DNA of 64,000 nt from Octopus sinensis (Eukaryota): the NCBI RefSeq assembly GCF_006345805.1, contig NC_043022.1, positions 4,092,001 through 4,156,000 of the forward strand, read 5' to 3'. This document shows positions 36,662 to 49,598 of this stretch, in pieces; position 1 is the stretch's first letter; each line of letters starts with the position of its first letter. A program made the translations under genes and the position numbers. The notes beneath the pieces were generated by a model, which was given only the letters and a program-made list of their open reading frames with translations, was not told where the DNA came from and ran no database searches.

Positions 36662-37340
36662 ATTAACCCATTAGCATTCAGATTATTCTGTCAAACGTAA
36701 TTCCTATTTATTCCACATTGTTTTGAATTACTCACGCATTATCTCATAGCTTTGAGCTGGTTTATTTTCAGATGACATTGTAGGGGAGGTGTGAAAGGCC
36801 AGTTATGGCCAGTTTGAACAGGTAGAATATTAGGGTTGGATATGGTTGATTCAACCCTTTAACATTGGATGGAAGCACTCCATCGGTTACGACGACGAGG
36901 GTTCCGGTTGATCCGAATCAACGGAACAGCCTGCTCGTGAAATTAACGTGTAAGTGGCTGAGCACTCCACAGACACGTGTACCCTTAACGTAGTTCTCGG
37001 GGATATTCAGCGTGACACAGAGAGTGACAAGGCCGGCCCTTTGAAATACAGGTACAACAGAAACAGGAAGTAAGAGTGAGAGAAAGTTGTGGTGAAAGAG
37101 TACAGCAGGGATCACCACCATCCCCTGCCGGAGCCTCATGGAGCTTTTAGGTGTTTTCACTCAATAAACACTCACAACGCCTGGTCTGAGAATCGAAACC
37201 GCAAGTTCGCTGCCCTAACCACTGGGCCATTGCTCCTCCACCCTTTAAACATTAAGATTACTCTGTCAAATGTAATCCTTATTTATTGCCATTTTTTGGG
37301 ATTAATCCTGCATTATCTCCTAGCTTTGAGATTTCACTGA
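36662..37340. mobile_element. Two adjacent family-F MITEs; SINE-C is inserted into the terminal repeat of the second
   Basis: TTAACCCATTAGCATTCAGATT start; the second TIR ACCCTTTAACATT is duplicated around the SINE. Confidence 0.7.
36867..37239 (-). mobile_element. SINE family C, full length
   Basis: TSD ACCCTTTAA(A)CATT at 36854-36866 and 37240-37253. Confidence 0.9.
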
Positions 37341-38292
37341 TGGGACTGCTTATTGTGGGTTATGTGTGAGAGCAAATGTGAATGAACTTAATGGTTAAAA
37401 GCTTAACTTTGGCAGAGAACCCTCTAAAGGTGGTACCAAGATAAAGCATAAACTAACCACAGAAAACCAATGACTCAAAGACCTGAAAACAGTTGCTTTT
37501 GTGTGGTGTGGACAACTGGTTTGAGTAGTGGTGAGTATAAATATATGTATAGACGGAAACTGAAAGAAGACTTATTATTCTTAACCCAGAACATTCACAA
37601 TGAAACACAGGCCTCAACATATCTGGAATGTACTGGCAAGACAGTTTGTAGGAAGTTTAAACTGTGAGACTCACATACACGCTGTGTGTGTGGGAAAGAG
37701 AGAGAGAACGTGACTTTTCATAACAAAGTGGTAGACAGTCAACTTGGCTCATAGACGTCTGACACAATAGAATCTGGCTGACAGGGCCGGAAACTTCTAA
37801 AACCTCTTTGTTTATCAAGGGCTAGGAACTACCAATCCCTGGTAAGAAACTGTTAAGGAGCCAATAAGAAATAGCAAAAGATTTCTCCAAGTCCTTTTCC
37901 TAAGTCTGTCCTAGACGTCCATACCTGTTTTCAGATTTTTAGTTAGCTCCTTTCATATATTGTGCATAACATGAAGCTTTTCTTCCCTAAGTTTCAAGTT
38001 ACTCTGGCAGTTGAAAGAAAATTAGGAATGTGTATAATAAATGATACACACATGCCAGAGAAATATGTTGTGTGTCATGTGGGATACATAGGAGAGGAGA
38101 AGAATTAAAATTGACAGGTTTTTTTCCCAGGTATGTGAGAGAGAAATCAACAATATAATGCATTAATTACTAATCTAGTTTTGGTCAAGAGAAAGGAAAT
38201 GGTTAAATGTTGCCAGCGAGGAACTTGCTTCAGCACAGGGTGTATAAACTGACAACTTGTGTATATCAGATGTATTAATAAATATTGGAAGC

Positions 38293-39675
38293 TCTTTTAC
38301 TCTTTTACTTGTTTCAGTCATTTGACTGCGGCCATGCTGGAGCACCGCCTTTAGTCGAGCAAATCGACCCTGGGACTTATTCTTTGTAAGCCCAGTACTT
38401 ATTCTATCGGTCTCTTTTGCTGAACCGCTAAGTGACGGGGGCATAAACACACCAGCATTGGTTGTCAAGCAATGCTAGGGGGACAAACACATACATATAT
38501 ATACATATATACAACAGGCTTCTTTCAGTTTCCATCTACCAAATCCACTCACAAGGCATTGGTTGGCCTGGGGCTATAGCAGAAGACATTTGCCCAAGAT
38601 GCCACGCAGTGGGACTGAACCCGGAACCATGTGGTTGGTTAGCAAGCTACTTACCACACAGCCACTCCAGCGTTTGTATTAAAATGAGAACAGGTCATTC
38701 ACATATGAGGATTATATAAATGCACTTATATATAAGGATTAAAGTCAGATTTTATTTTCATAAGGTTTGAAGGCTGGGTGGCTGCGTAAGAAGTTTGCTT
38801 TCCAACCACATGGTTCCGGGTTCAGTCCCACTGCATGACACCTTAAGCACGTGTCTTCTACTATAGACACAGACCAATCAAAGCCCCGTGAGTGGATTTG
38901 GTAGGCGAAAACTGAAAGAAGTCTGTTGTGCATGTATTTGTCATTGTGCCTGACCCTTACTATCGCTTCGCAACTGGTGTCGAGGTGTTTATGTACCCAA
39001 ACCTTAGCAGTTCAGCAAAAGAGACCAAAAAAAAAAAATTACTTGGGTTAATTCATTCGACTAAAAGTTCAAGGAGGTGCTCCAGCATGGCAGCAGTCAA
39101 GTGACTGAAATAAGTTGACTTATAAAAAAAAAAAAAGAAAAAAGATACTAACAAGAGATGACTGTTCAAACTGCTAGAAACAGTAGTCAAATGTCCCTCC
39201 AATCACAATACACTCTTAAAAAAAAGGGAGGGTCACTAAGTATACTAAGATAGATGCAGGTGGGGACAAGAGAATAAGGGTTTGGACACTGCTTGATGAG
39301 GACTGTTTTGGGTCTAACTTCAGAATTACATGTAAAGACACACACAAGCAATATATCTTTTTCTTGTTTCAGCTATTCAACTGTGGCCATGCTGGGGCAC
39401 TGCCTTGAAGAATTTTAATTGATTGAATCAACCCCAGTAGCGTTTTTTTTTTCTTCTTTCTAATGGGGATGTACATATATCAACACCAGCTGTCAAGCAA
39501 TGGAGGGGAACACACACACAGAGGCTTCTTTCAGTTTCCGTCTACTATATCCACTCACAGGGCTTTGGTAGGCCTGAGGTTATAATTGAAGACAGCTGCC
39601 CAAGCAAGGTACCACGCAATGTGACACTGAACGTGGAACCATGTGGTTGGGAAGCAAGCTACTTACCACACAGCT
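38293..39675. mobile_element. Three SINE-B copies in minus/plus/minus orientation
   Basis: 38293-38670 (-), about 38770-39115 (+) and about 39355-39675 (-). Confidence 0.8.
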
Positions 39676-41355
39676 AAATATATATAAAATTCCAGCATGG
39701 CCACAATCTAATCACCGAACCAAGTATATAATACAATACACAAACCACAGGAACGACAGGTTAGTAAAACCAAATTGCTTGCATAATAATAATAATAATA
39801 ATAATTAGTATTATTATTATTGTTATTATGAAAAGCAAAATGTGTTGTTGTAACAGTGACATTGTTTAAGTGTTTAATTGAAAATACTTTAACAATGAAA
39901 CAAATATTGACTTGCAGGAAGTCGGAATTAATAAAGGGAAAGAAGCGAAACGGGTGCTCGTTGAGGCAGAATGAGGAGGGGACACAGCCGGGGGAAGCCG
40001 GGTGGTGTCGATGACGGCGGCGGCGGCGGATGCAGTAGGCTGACTCTTGTTCGCAGTCATCGTCAGCTAAGGGGCAAGAAAATTGTTTATGGTGAAATAA
40101 CTGAGAGGAATGCGAATGAAGGAGAGAAAGGATTTTTGGTAACACAGATTATTCAAGAGAGAGAGAGAGTGGAAGACGGAGGAATTTTCCCAATGTGACA
40201 GCGAACAAAGAAGAATCTGGGGAAGAAAAGTGATGTAATTGCAATTTGAGCGGTATTGGCAGCTTATAATAGTGTGTATTGTAAAAATATTTTATATCCC
40301 TCCCAGCAGCTAATGGATTAATTTGATGTTTGAAGATGCTTTCTGTTGCATGTCTTCCTGAAATTGCAGACACAAGTGAACAGAGTAGAGATCGCCTATC
40401 ATTCATTTCAGGAGAGAGATGAAGAGAGAGAGAGAGAAGCTTATATGATAAATCAGACGACCATGGTGACGACTACGACATAATAGGACTCAACAGAAGG
40501 ATAGTGTTTCATACATAATAATAACAACTTTAAGTATTACTGGCAATAGAAATACACACAGACACACACACGAACACGCATTGATTGTTACAAACAACGA
40601 GATGTACAGCTCGTACACACACGTGTGTAGAGAACCTCTGGAAACAGATTTATGATTAATATTTAACAAAACAACAACAAAAGGCACTAGAAATAATTGG
40701 TTTGTGTTGGAAGTATTTGCAAGCGATAAAAGACAGCCAGAGGATCAAAGCCGACGATGTTATATTGCAAAAGAGACCATAAAAGAAAGACGGAGGGGAG
40801 AGAGAGAAAGGAAACAGTCCTAGAAAAACACACACAAAAACCGTGCACCCGTTTTATGTTATGCAGCTTTTAAAGAAGGGTGGAGGGACAGGGGGAAAAA
40901 AAACACCAGCCAACAATTTTTAGATGTATATCTTGATAGGAAAAAGCTTTACATAAGAACAAAGCAGCCTTTCAGACATTATGAACGAGAATTCGGAAAT
41001 ATATACACACACACAAACCAAAGAGGATAAGAAAAAAAGAAGTGGAAAAAAAACGACAAGGAAGGTAGAAAGTTGGAGAAACTAAAAAGGATTGGATTAG
41101 AAGTGTTGTAATGCAGAAATATATTTTTTCTGTTCGGCATGTGACCAAGGAGGGAGAAAAAAAGAAGAAAGAATTATTATCGTTTTTTTCTTCTTTTCTG
41201 ATTTTTTTTCCTTCACATAAAAGGTGGAAAAGAAACGACAAAATTTGGGTGAAACAGTTTTGTGTTTAAATCACTAAAGTTTGAGAAAAGAGAGAAGAAA
41301 TCTTAATAAAAACACAGGTCAAGAGGTGTGTGTGTGTGTGTATATATATATGTAT

Positions 41356-41390
<35 letters not shown>

Positions 41391-41499
41391 GTTAATCCAA
41401 ACAAGAAAACACAGAAAAAAACAGCAACGCGAGGACGTGGAACAATTAAAGTATTATTTGACGATATATGTATATATATACATACATATATACACATAT

Positions 41500-41544
<45 letters not shown>

Positions 41545-43125
41545 CATACATACACATGTGTATACATGTTAGCTATAGCACCTCTGTATTGAAAAATCAT
41601 GTACATTTATGCTGTCTTTGTAGACGTAGCTCTTGACTCTGGGGGAGAAAATGGAAAAATAACCCCCTCCCCTTTTTTTTTATTCACTCCTCGAAACATT
41701 ATTTCCAAGCAAATAAGTTCAGATATCGAAAAATTAAACAACTGCCCTGTAAGGAATATTAGAAATGGAATGTCACAATGGTTTATAATCAGAGTCACTA
41801 CCCCATGTAGACAATATCTCTGTAGTGTGTGTGTGAGTGTGTGAATAATACTATTATTATTATCATTATAGATAGGGTTTTGATATACACACATGTGTGT
41901 GTGAGTGTGTGAAAAGAAAACAAGAAGCAAGCAGAAGAAGCAGGTGCAAAAATGGTACAGAAGAATGCTGGAAGTAAATGCGAATGGTACTGACGAAAAG
42001 ATGGATAAATAGAGAGATTAGGAACGAATTCTAGAGAAATGAAATGACATTGTTAGACCACCAAGAAGTGGAAACAAAACCATCCAATTTCAACTTCAAC
42101 CGACATGGGAAAATATTAACCAGAAAATTCCAGAAAAATATTAGCACCATTACAGAGTGTGTGGTGTGTGTGTGTGTGGTGTAACGACAAAATGGTTTTT
42201 AGGTATAATAATAATAATAAACCTTTATATCTAGTTTTTTTCTTCTCTCTCCATCACCTTCAATTCCCAATCTTAATTTTCAAAACCGACGGCGATGTAT
42301 ATGTCAGCGCGTGTATGATGTGTAGGGGTGGTCATGGAATTCGGGTTTAAGGCAAAAGAAAAGAAAAAAAAAGAGAGAGGAAAAAAAAGGTCTTCAGATT
42401 AGTGCCACCTGAAATTTGTACCTGAACATTATTCCGCGCACCTTCTTCCATTCTAGGTTCACATTACTTTCCTTTCTAGGTTCACATTACTTTCCTGACG
42501 AACCAGAAGCCAGAGTTTCTTTAAAGCACCGATGTCGCCAGCAAAACCACAGAAGATACAAGCAACGAAATAAGCAATTCATACATACACCCGTACGAAC
42601 CAACGCACGTACGTACGTGTGTATATCTATGCCTATACGTATGTGTATACCCAGGTACGTGTATCTATGTATGACTATATTAAAGGAAGACGAAGTATAG
42701 CGAGTGTTCACCTTTCCACTGGTGGTAAAATTTGCTGCCCAACTCCAAGTGGAACTATGTTGTTATCATTATCATTATTATTAATCTTATCGTCATTATT
42801 ATGTAAGCGAGAGCAGGTTCACAAGTGGAAACTAATAAACCAAGATGACTGTTGCCTATTACATCATGGTGATAATCGGGGTGGATGGTGTCCGGGTACG
42901 GGAAGAAGAAGAAGAAGAAAGAGAAAGAGATCTACGCAAAATAGTAGCGGAAGGTTGTTTGACTGATAGCGAAAGGGGGACTCGAAGCATGGTGTGTGTG
43001 TGTGTGTGTGTGTCGGAAGCTGCAAGCACTCCTAATTCACACACACACACATACAGGTATGGGAAATATAAGCAGAACACGGCCCAGGGAATATACTGAT
43101 ATGCACCCATAGATGATGAATGGGA

Positions 43126-43175
<50 letters not shown>

Positions 43176-43734
43176 GTATGTATATTCATTCCTCGCATCC
43201 AATCTACCCTTTTTCCATTGCTCAGGAGAGAGACGACGGAGAGAAAATGCTATGGATAATTTTGTTACTGTGACTACTGCTGTTCAACCTAGAGACAAGA
43301 CCGTAATAAAAGGGTGTGTGTTTGATGGGGAAAAGTGAAGGTGGATAGGGCGAGTGAATGAGTTTATAGGTACAAGATGCTTGAGAGAAAGAGATACAGA
43401 GTATAAGACCCCGCCAAAAGGGGGGTAGTGGTGGAGCAGAATTGAAGTTGGGGGGGGGGTAGTCGACAGTAAGCACCACCACCCAGAGGCAGAAGAAAGA
43501 AAGAAAGAAAGAAAGAATGGTAAAGAGCAGGAAAGCAAAAGGGAGTAGTTGCCAAACAAACAAGCAGATTAGAGGCGAATGACAAGAAGTCACGCAGCGA
43601 CAAGTTGGCTACTCGATTTTAATTCACACTTAAACAACACTTGGTAAATAAACATTAGTTAGGAGCAGGTCGAAATGAGTAAACACACACACACACACAC
43701 ACACACACAGAGAGGCCTGTCTCTAAGTATGTGA

Positions 43735-43869
43735 CATACATACATATATATCTATATACATACATACATATATATCTATATACATACATACATATATATC
43801 TATATACATACATACATATATATCTATATACATACATACATATATATCTATACATACATACATATCTAT

Positions 43870-43900
<31 letters not shown>
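43735..43900. repeat. 24-bp compound microsatellite unit (TACATACATACATATATATCTATA) x~5-6, then (TA)n
   Basis: Read directly; it produces the spurious YIHIYLYT ORFs. Confidence 0.9.
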
Positions 43901-43901
<1 letters not shown>

Positions 43902-45099
43902 GTATATGTGAGGATTGACAGATTTAATGAAGAACGAACCAGTGGTGACGAGTTCGGAGCAGCAGAATAGCGAATAATGGCTTAGTAAAATACATAAATA
44001 AATAATGTAATACTAGAAAAAGCAGCAGAGGCAAGTATTTAAAGATAGATGATGATCAGTTCTAGAGAGAAATATATAGAAAGATGGAGAGAGAGAGAGA
44101 GGAAAGGAGAATTAGCTGCCGTCTCTTGTATCTAACCAGACCGAAAGTGCTGCTGCTGTTAATGGTGATGGTGGTGATGGTAGTGGTGGTGGTTCGATGT
44201 AAGCTTAAGTAGGAGATCAGAACGGAAACTATCAACATGATAGACAAGCTTAGGTACACATACACAACCACTCGACTTAGTTCAATACTGTGTGTTGGAC
44301 TGCTGCTTTGCAGCGATGCTGTGAAAATCCTTGCCACACACACACACACGTACAACTAGGTTTCTAGGTAGCTGCCATAGAACTCTCTCTCACAAGACAA
44401 CCTGATATGAATGACGAAGTTCGGACAAGAAAGATGAAGAGAAAGATAGAGAGAGACATGGAGAGATAGATAGAGAGAGACACATGCACAGATAGAGAGA
44501 GAGAGGGAGTAAGTTAAGGGGGTGGAGCGGGGCTAATAGTCTAGAGAGAGAGAGTAGTGAGTGAGAGGAGAGACGGCTGTAAGGGTTTGTTTGTCGGATG
44601 GTGGGAGAAAAGATGACGGTGCCGTCAGCAATGGCTAAGATGACTGCAACGAAGAAAACGACTGACACAACTAACACACGAAGATAGAAGCAGAAGAAGA
44701 AGCGTAAATGGTAACAAACTGATAAACAAATAAGAGATGGGTTTAGGGTTTTGTAATGGAGCGGAATGGCAGATTAGTAAAACTGCTAGGTTGGGGGAGA
44801 ATTTGCCAACACCCGCCTCACGGTCCGTGTGGTTTATTATTAAATCAAGAGCACCGTTAGAGAAGCAAGGTTGAGGTTACGAATGTTAAGGGAGGAGCAG
44901 CAAAACACGGCCTGTACCCCCTTGCAGACGGGCACGGATATATATATATATATTTTATGGACAGGTATGTATATACATGTGCGTGTGTATAGAGGTATCT
45001 TAAGGGTAGATAGAGATGTGTGTGTGTTTGTGTATAGAATGAGAGGTGTTAGGAAACCAAAAAATCTCTCAAAATCGTGTGTAGTGACATTGGGAGGAA

Positions 45100-45640
45100 G
45101 TCAGAGCTTTAGAGATAAGGATATAGAGAGGGAAAGGACGAAGATAAGCGAGAGAGAGTATGGAGAGGAGTGAGCGTGCGTGTAGAGAGACAGATTGTAT
45201 ATAGAGAGAGAGGATAGAGACAGCGTGTCTGATGAGAGCGACAGAGATAGAGTATGTGACTATGGAGAGATATAAGAGAAAGAGTATATGGTTAGAGGGA
45301 GAGGATGAGGATAGGGAGAGAGAGTGAAAGGTAGAGGATACAGAGAATGTAGAGAGAAAGTGTGAGGAGAGACAGAGAGGTGGATGATAGAGAAAGGTGC
45401 AGAAAGAGAGAGAGAGAGACAATGCCATATATATATAGAGGGGGAGGGTGAAGGTAGAGATAGATTGAATTATAGGGGAGGTAAGTACGGGGTGAGAGTT
45501 ATAGAGGAAGAAAGGGGGGGAAGATTAGAGAAAAAAAGAGGACGTAAGGAAAGAATAGAGAGGGGGATAAAAAAAGAAAGGGTAAAAAAAAACGAGCGAA
45601 AGAGATATAGAGAGCTTTGGGGTGTAGGGTTAGGTAGAAA
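45100..45640 (+). repeat. Strand-asymmetric purine-rich (GA) tract
   Basis: About 540 bp nearly devoid of C on the plus strand. Similar shorter tracts are at about 44420-44580 and 46995-47290. Confidence 0.85.
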
Positions 45641-46362
45641 GAAAAGTGAGGGGTGGCAGGAAGTTTGAGAAGAGTAATGAAGGGGAGGGGAGACGAGAAT
45701 GGACGTTTACATGTGGGTGTGCACCACTGACGGCAAGTGGAACGAGTGTATATATATATGTATGTATAGGTGCGTGTGTATATTTATATATATATATATA
45801 TATATACACGCTCTCAGACGGTTTTGCTGCTAAGTTATGAAAGCACAGTAAATGGTTATTTTACTAGCACCAAGTTTGTGCTCTTCCAATGGAGCTGGGG
45901 TTTTTTTGTGTCTTTCGTTCTTTAGTCGCCAACATTGATCGGTCGATTATGAAAAAAAATAGAGAGAGAAGGTGAAGTCGAAGCCAGGATCGGGAGAACA
46001 GAAGGTTGGGTGTGTGTGTGTGGAGAGAGAGAGACAGTAAATAAAGTGTGTCTATTGAGAGAAAGTCGACCAAAAGTCTGGTACCATTAGCTTTTAAGAG
46101 TCGTCGAAGAAATAAGAAGCAATGGTATCATCACCATCATCAACATAATAATGTGTCGAGGAGGGAAGGAACAGACCAAGCAAAGAATATATATATGTAT
46201 ATATTGGTCGGTTGATGAAAGACCAGAGACTGTGGCAGAATTATCAGAGCAGCGGGCACCAAATGGAATCATCTTTTGCAGAGAATAACTACAGTGCAGG
46301 AGGGGGGGGGGAAAGAAGAGACACACAAACCATTCTATAGACAAAATAGTTATGAGTGCGTG

Positions 46363-46421
<59 letters not shown>

Positions 46422-47353
46422 ATACGCATATACAGAGTGAAGGGGAAATAGCTGTTTGTATACACGTTTCGTTCATGCTTTGAAGCGTGTGTATATATAT
46501 GTATACGAATACATACACACACAATGTATATAGTGTATGTATACACATATATGTATATGTAGTGTGTGTGTGTGTGTGTATATATATGTGTTATTCACAC
46601 ACATGCTAGTAAAGCATACACACACACACAATGTATATAGTGTATGTATATGTGTGTTGTTCACACACATGCTAGTAAAGCATACACACACACACACGTG
46701 TGTGTGTACACACGCACACCTCCAGTAACCTTCCTGTGTGAGTTCTTCTCCTCCATTCCAATCTCTCACGGAACCAAGCAAACAGTATATATATATATAT
46801 ATATATAATATATATATATATGGAGTATCTTGGAAAATGTGAAGAGCGACTGGCTCTCCTCTCTTATTTTCCCAAGCCACGACGAAATTCGTCCGACTCC
46901 ATTCAAGCTGCCAGCAAAGCCAAGTCTGTCACTGCCGTCCGTACATTAAAATATAATATAATGTTCCCAACTATTACCACAACCGCTGCGACAGAGAGAG
47001 AGAGGGAGAGAGAGATTAAAGAGGCAGATAGGAAAGGGGAGAGAGAAAGACGGGAGAAAGAGAGTGGGAGTGCTACCAGTGACACACAGAGAGGGGGAGT
47101 GAGTGTTTATGTAATGTCGTAGAGAGAGGGGAAAGAGCGAGACGGAGAGCGTGTGTGTGTAGTGTTATAGAGAGGGGGAAGAGCGAGGCGAAGAGTGTGT
47201 GTATTGTTACAGAGGGAGGGAAAGAAGAAAGAGTGTAGGTGATGTTGTGTATAGAGAGGGGGCAATGAACGAAAGAGAGAGAGAGCGAGCGTGTGTGCGC
47301 TCTCCATCTTGGAAAAAGCTAGCAACAATAAAAGAGCAGAATATTTCACTCAC

Positions 47354-47504
47354 CTCATTGGTTTAATTAAGCCGAACCAGTTTAGCTGATTAGAAGTAGG
47401 GGCAGTGTTGTGTCCAGTGGTGTTGTTACGAGTGAGGAGGACCAGAGTAAGGTGATGGCCGAACACTCGGTCCCCTTGTAGACCTTAAGTCAGGTGGGAG
47501 AGGC
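47354..47504 (-). other. Candidate upstream or alternative exon ending in ATG-AG
   Basis: Acceptor ttctgtgcgtttctcag|G and strong donor ccaATGAG|gtgagt. A second donor-like site, CAGG|gtaagg, lies at about 47571-47577. There is no homology support. Confidence 0.3.
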
Positions 47505-47691
47505 CTGAGAAACGCACAGAACCCACCGAGAAGTGTTCGCTGGAGCTGGCGAAGACGATCCAATATGGCGCCTTACCCTGCCTAGAAAAGCTGCCAGTGG
47601 TGCTACTTTGCTTACGAAGACGATGGCGACGGCGACCAGGGCAGTGGAAGCAGCCACCACACACACACACACACACACACACTGCTGCCTG

Positions 47692-47729
<38 letters not shown>

Positions 47730-47971
47730 TTTTAACAAACCGCTGCTTTGCTTATTATTATTACTACTTCCACTACCTTGGCCTCCTCGCTAACAAAACT
47801 CTTTTTCAACTCCCTGTACCATCTACTACTTTTCTGCTGATACTGCCGACTGGTTTCGCTACACGGTTTTTACTTTTTTTTCTTCTTCTCTCTCGCCTCT
47901 TCTCCAACAACTGCTGTTCCATCTTCATACACACATCATTTTTTCTCTCTCTATCACACCAGACCCCTCAA

Positions 47972-48007
<36 letters not shown>

Positions 48008-48459
48008 TTACCCTACCGTCTTCAATAACATTATCGTTATTATTAATTATTCCCGTAATTGTGATTAAGAGAAAAAAAAAAAAAGCCCTTTAACTGGAGG
48101 AAGTTGGAAAAAAAAAAAGGACTGAAAAAAAGGGGAGGAAAAAAAAAGCTTGGCAGGACTTTTTGACAACAAACTAATTATAAAAATTAACACCCAAGAC
48201 ATTATTACATTGATGGATGTGGGCGGGGAAGCAAAAGTTGGAAAGCGCGCACCTTGATTAAAAAGGGGGCGAGGCTGGCCCGAGTTGTGGACCCTGCAGG
48301 GCAGGTGGATATAACAGCGTGCAATTACAAACGAGTCATTCACCGTCGCTAATGGAGCAATTAAAAGTTAGCTAATTAATACGTAACACACGTACACAGT
48401 CAATGATCTCTCTCACAACAAGCAAAGGTTGAGAGAAATACCTCCGATTATATGTAAAT

Positions 48460-48491
<32 letters not shown>

Positions 48492-49448
48492 GTATATATA
48501 TGTATTAAATACATCAGCGTGTCTCCTCACTACTGCCTGACAATCGACGTTGGTTTGTTTACGTCCCTGTAACTTAACGGTTCGGTCGATGTAGATTAAG
48601 CACCAGGCTCAAAAATGTAACTACTGCGGTCGATTCATTCGACCCTACTAACCCTTCAGGGTGGTGCCCCAGCGTGGGCGCCGTCCAATGACTAAAATAA
48701 ACAAAAAAAAATACGTCTATGTGTGTATGCTGTCTGAAAAAAAAGATAAGAAACTTGTTTATATAGTGAAAAGGAGGGGGGCAGATTTAAATTTTATTTC
48801 AGAAAGAAGCAGACTTTACAGAGAGAAAGAAGGGGGAAATGGTGACGGTGTTTGATGAAAAAGTAAATATTTGTTAATAATGTCATCGGGGGTGAGAGTG
48901 TAATTGAACGTCGCTAAGTGCTATGTTGTTAACTGTGTTGTGATGTTTTAAGTGCTAGCAACACTTGCCGCTGCCGACGACGACCAGAGAGAGGAAAAAA
49001 GCCCACTGTAGCTGACAAATATAAAAGAAGGCTGGGCAGTCAGAGACGACGATGACAAACCGACAGAAGCCGTGCTTGGACTAGATAGATACATACTAAT
49101 ACTACTAGAACAACAACCAATAACTACTACTGCTGCTGTTGTTAATCGGTGTTGTTTAGATTAGCATATTAACAATCCACTAAATACGGCAAACAGTCAG
49201 GCTAATTTGACGGCCCACACTCTTTCTATATCTCTCTCTCTCTCCTCTCTACTCCACATTTTAAGTACGTTTCTATTGCATAGAACAATAATGCTTTCTT
49301 TCTCTTTAGATTTTCGAAAAAAGCAATCAAACTGCAGCAGTTTTGTTGGTTTTTTCTTTTAATTTTTTTTACTTTTCAGGACAGAAAAGGTTGCGACGTG
49401 ACGTTCATGCCCCTCCCAAAAAAGTATTTGCAACGACGTTAGATATAT

Positions 49449-49499
49449 AAGATCGCGGTGGCCCGGTTTCCATCCGACTTTAAGGTGAGTTTGGGTCAT

Positions 49500-49547
<48 letters not shown>

Positions 49548-49598
49548 ATGACCCAAACTCACCGGAAAGTCGGATGGAAACCGGGCCACCGCGATCTT
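49449..49598. repeat. 150-bp inverted repeat: 52-bp arms (50/52 complementary) around a 46-nt (AT)n core
   Basis: Arms are 49449-49500 and 49547-49598. The only mismatch is AA (49482-83) opposite GG (49564-65). Confidence 0.98.

Noticed and set aside
40900-48350. Numerous 60-150-aa ORFs (CVCVC, YIYIY, SLSLS, ERERE)
   Set aside because: Translations of dinucleotide microsatellites. The ERERE runs are unrelated to the RE repeats of RERE.
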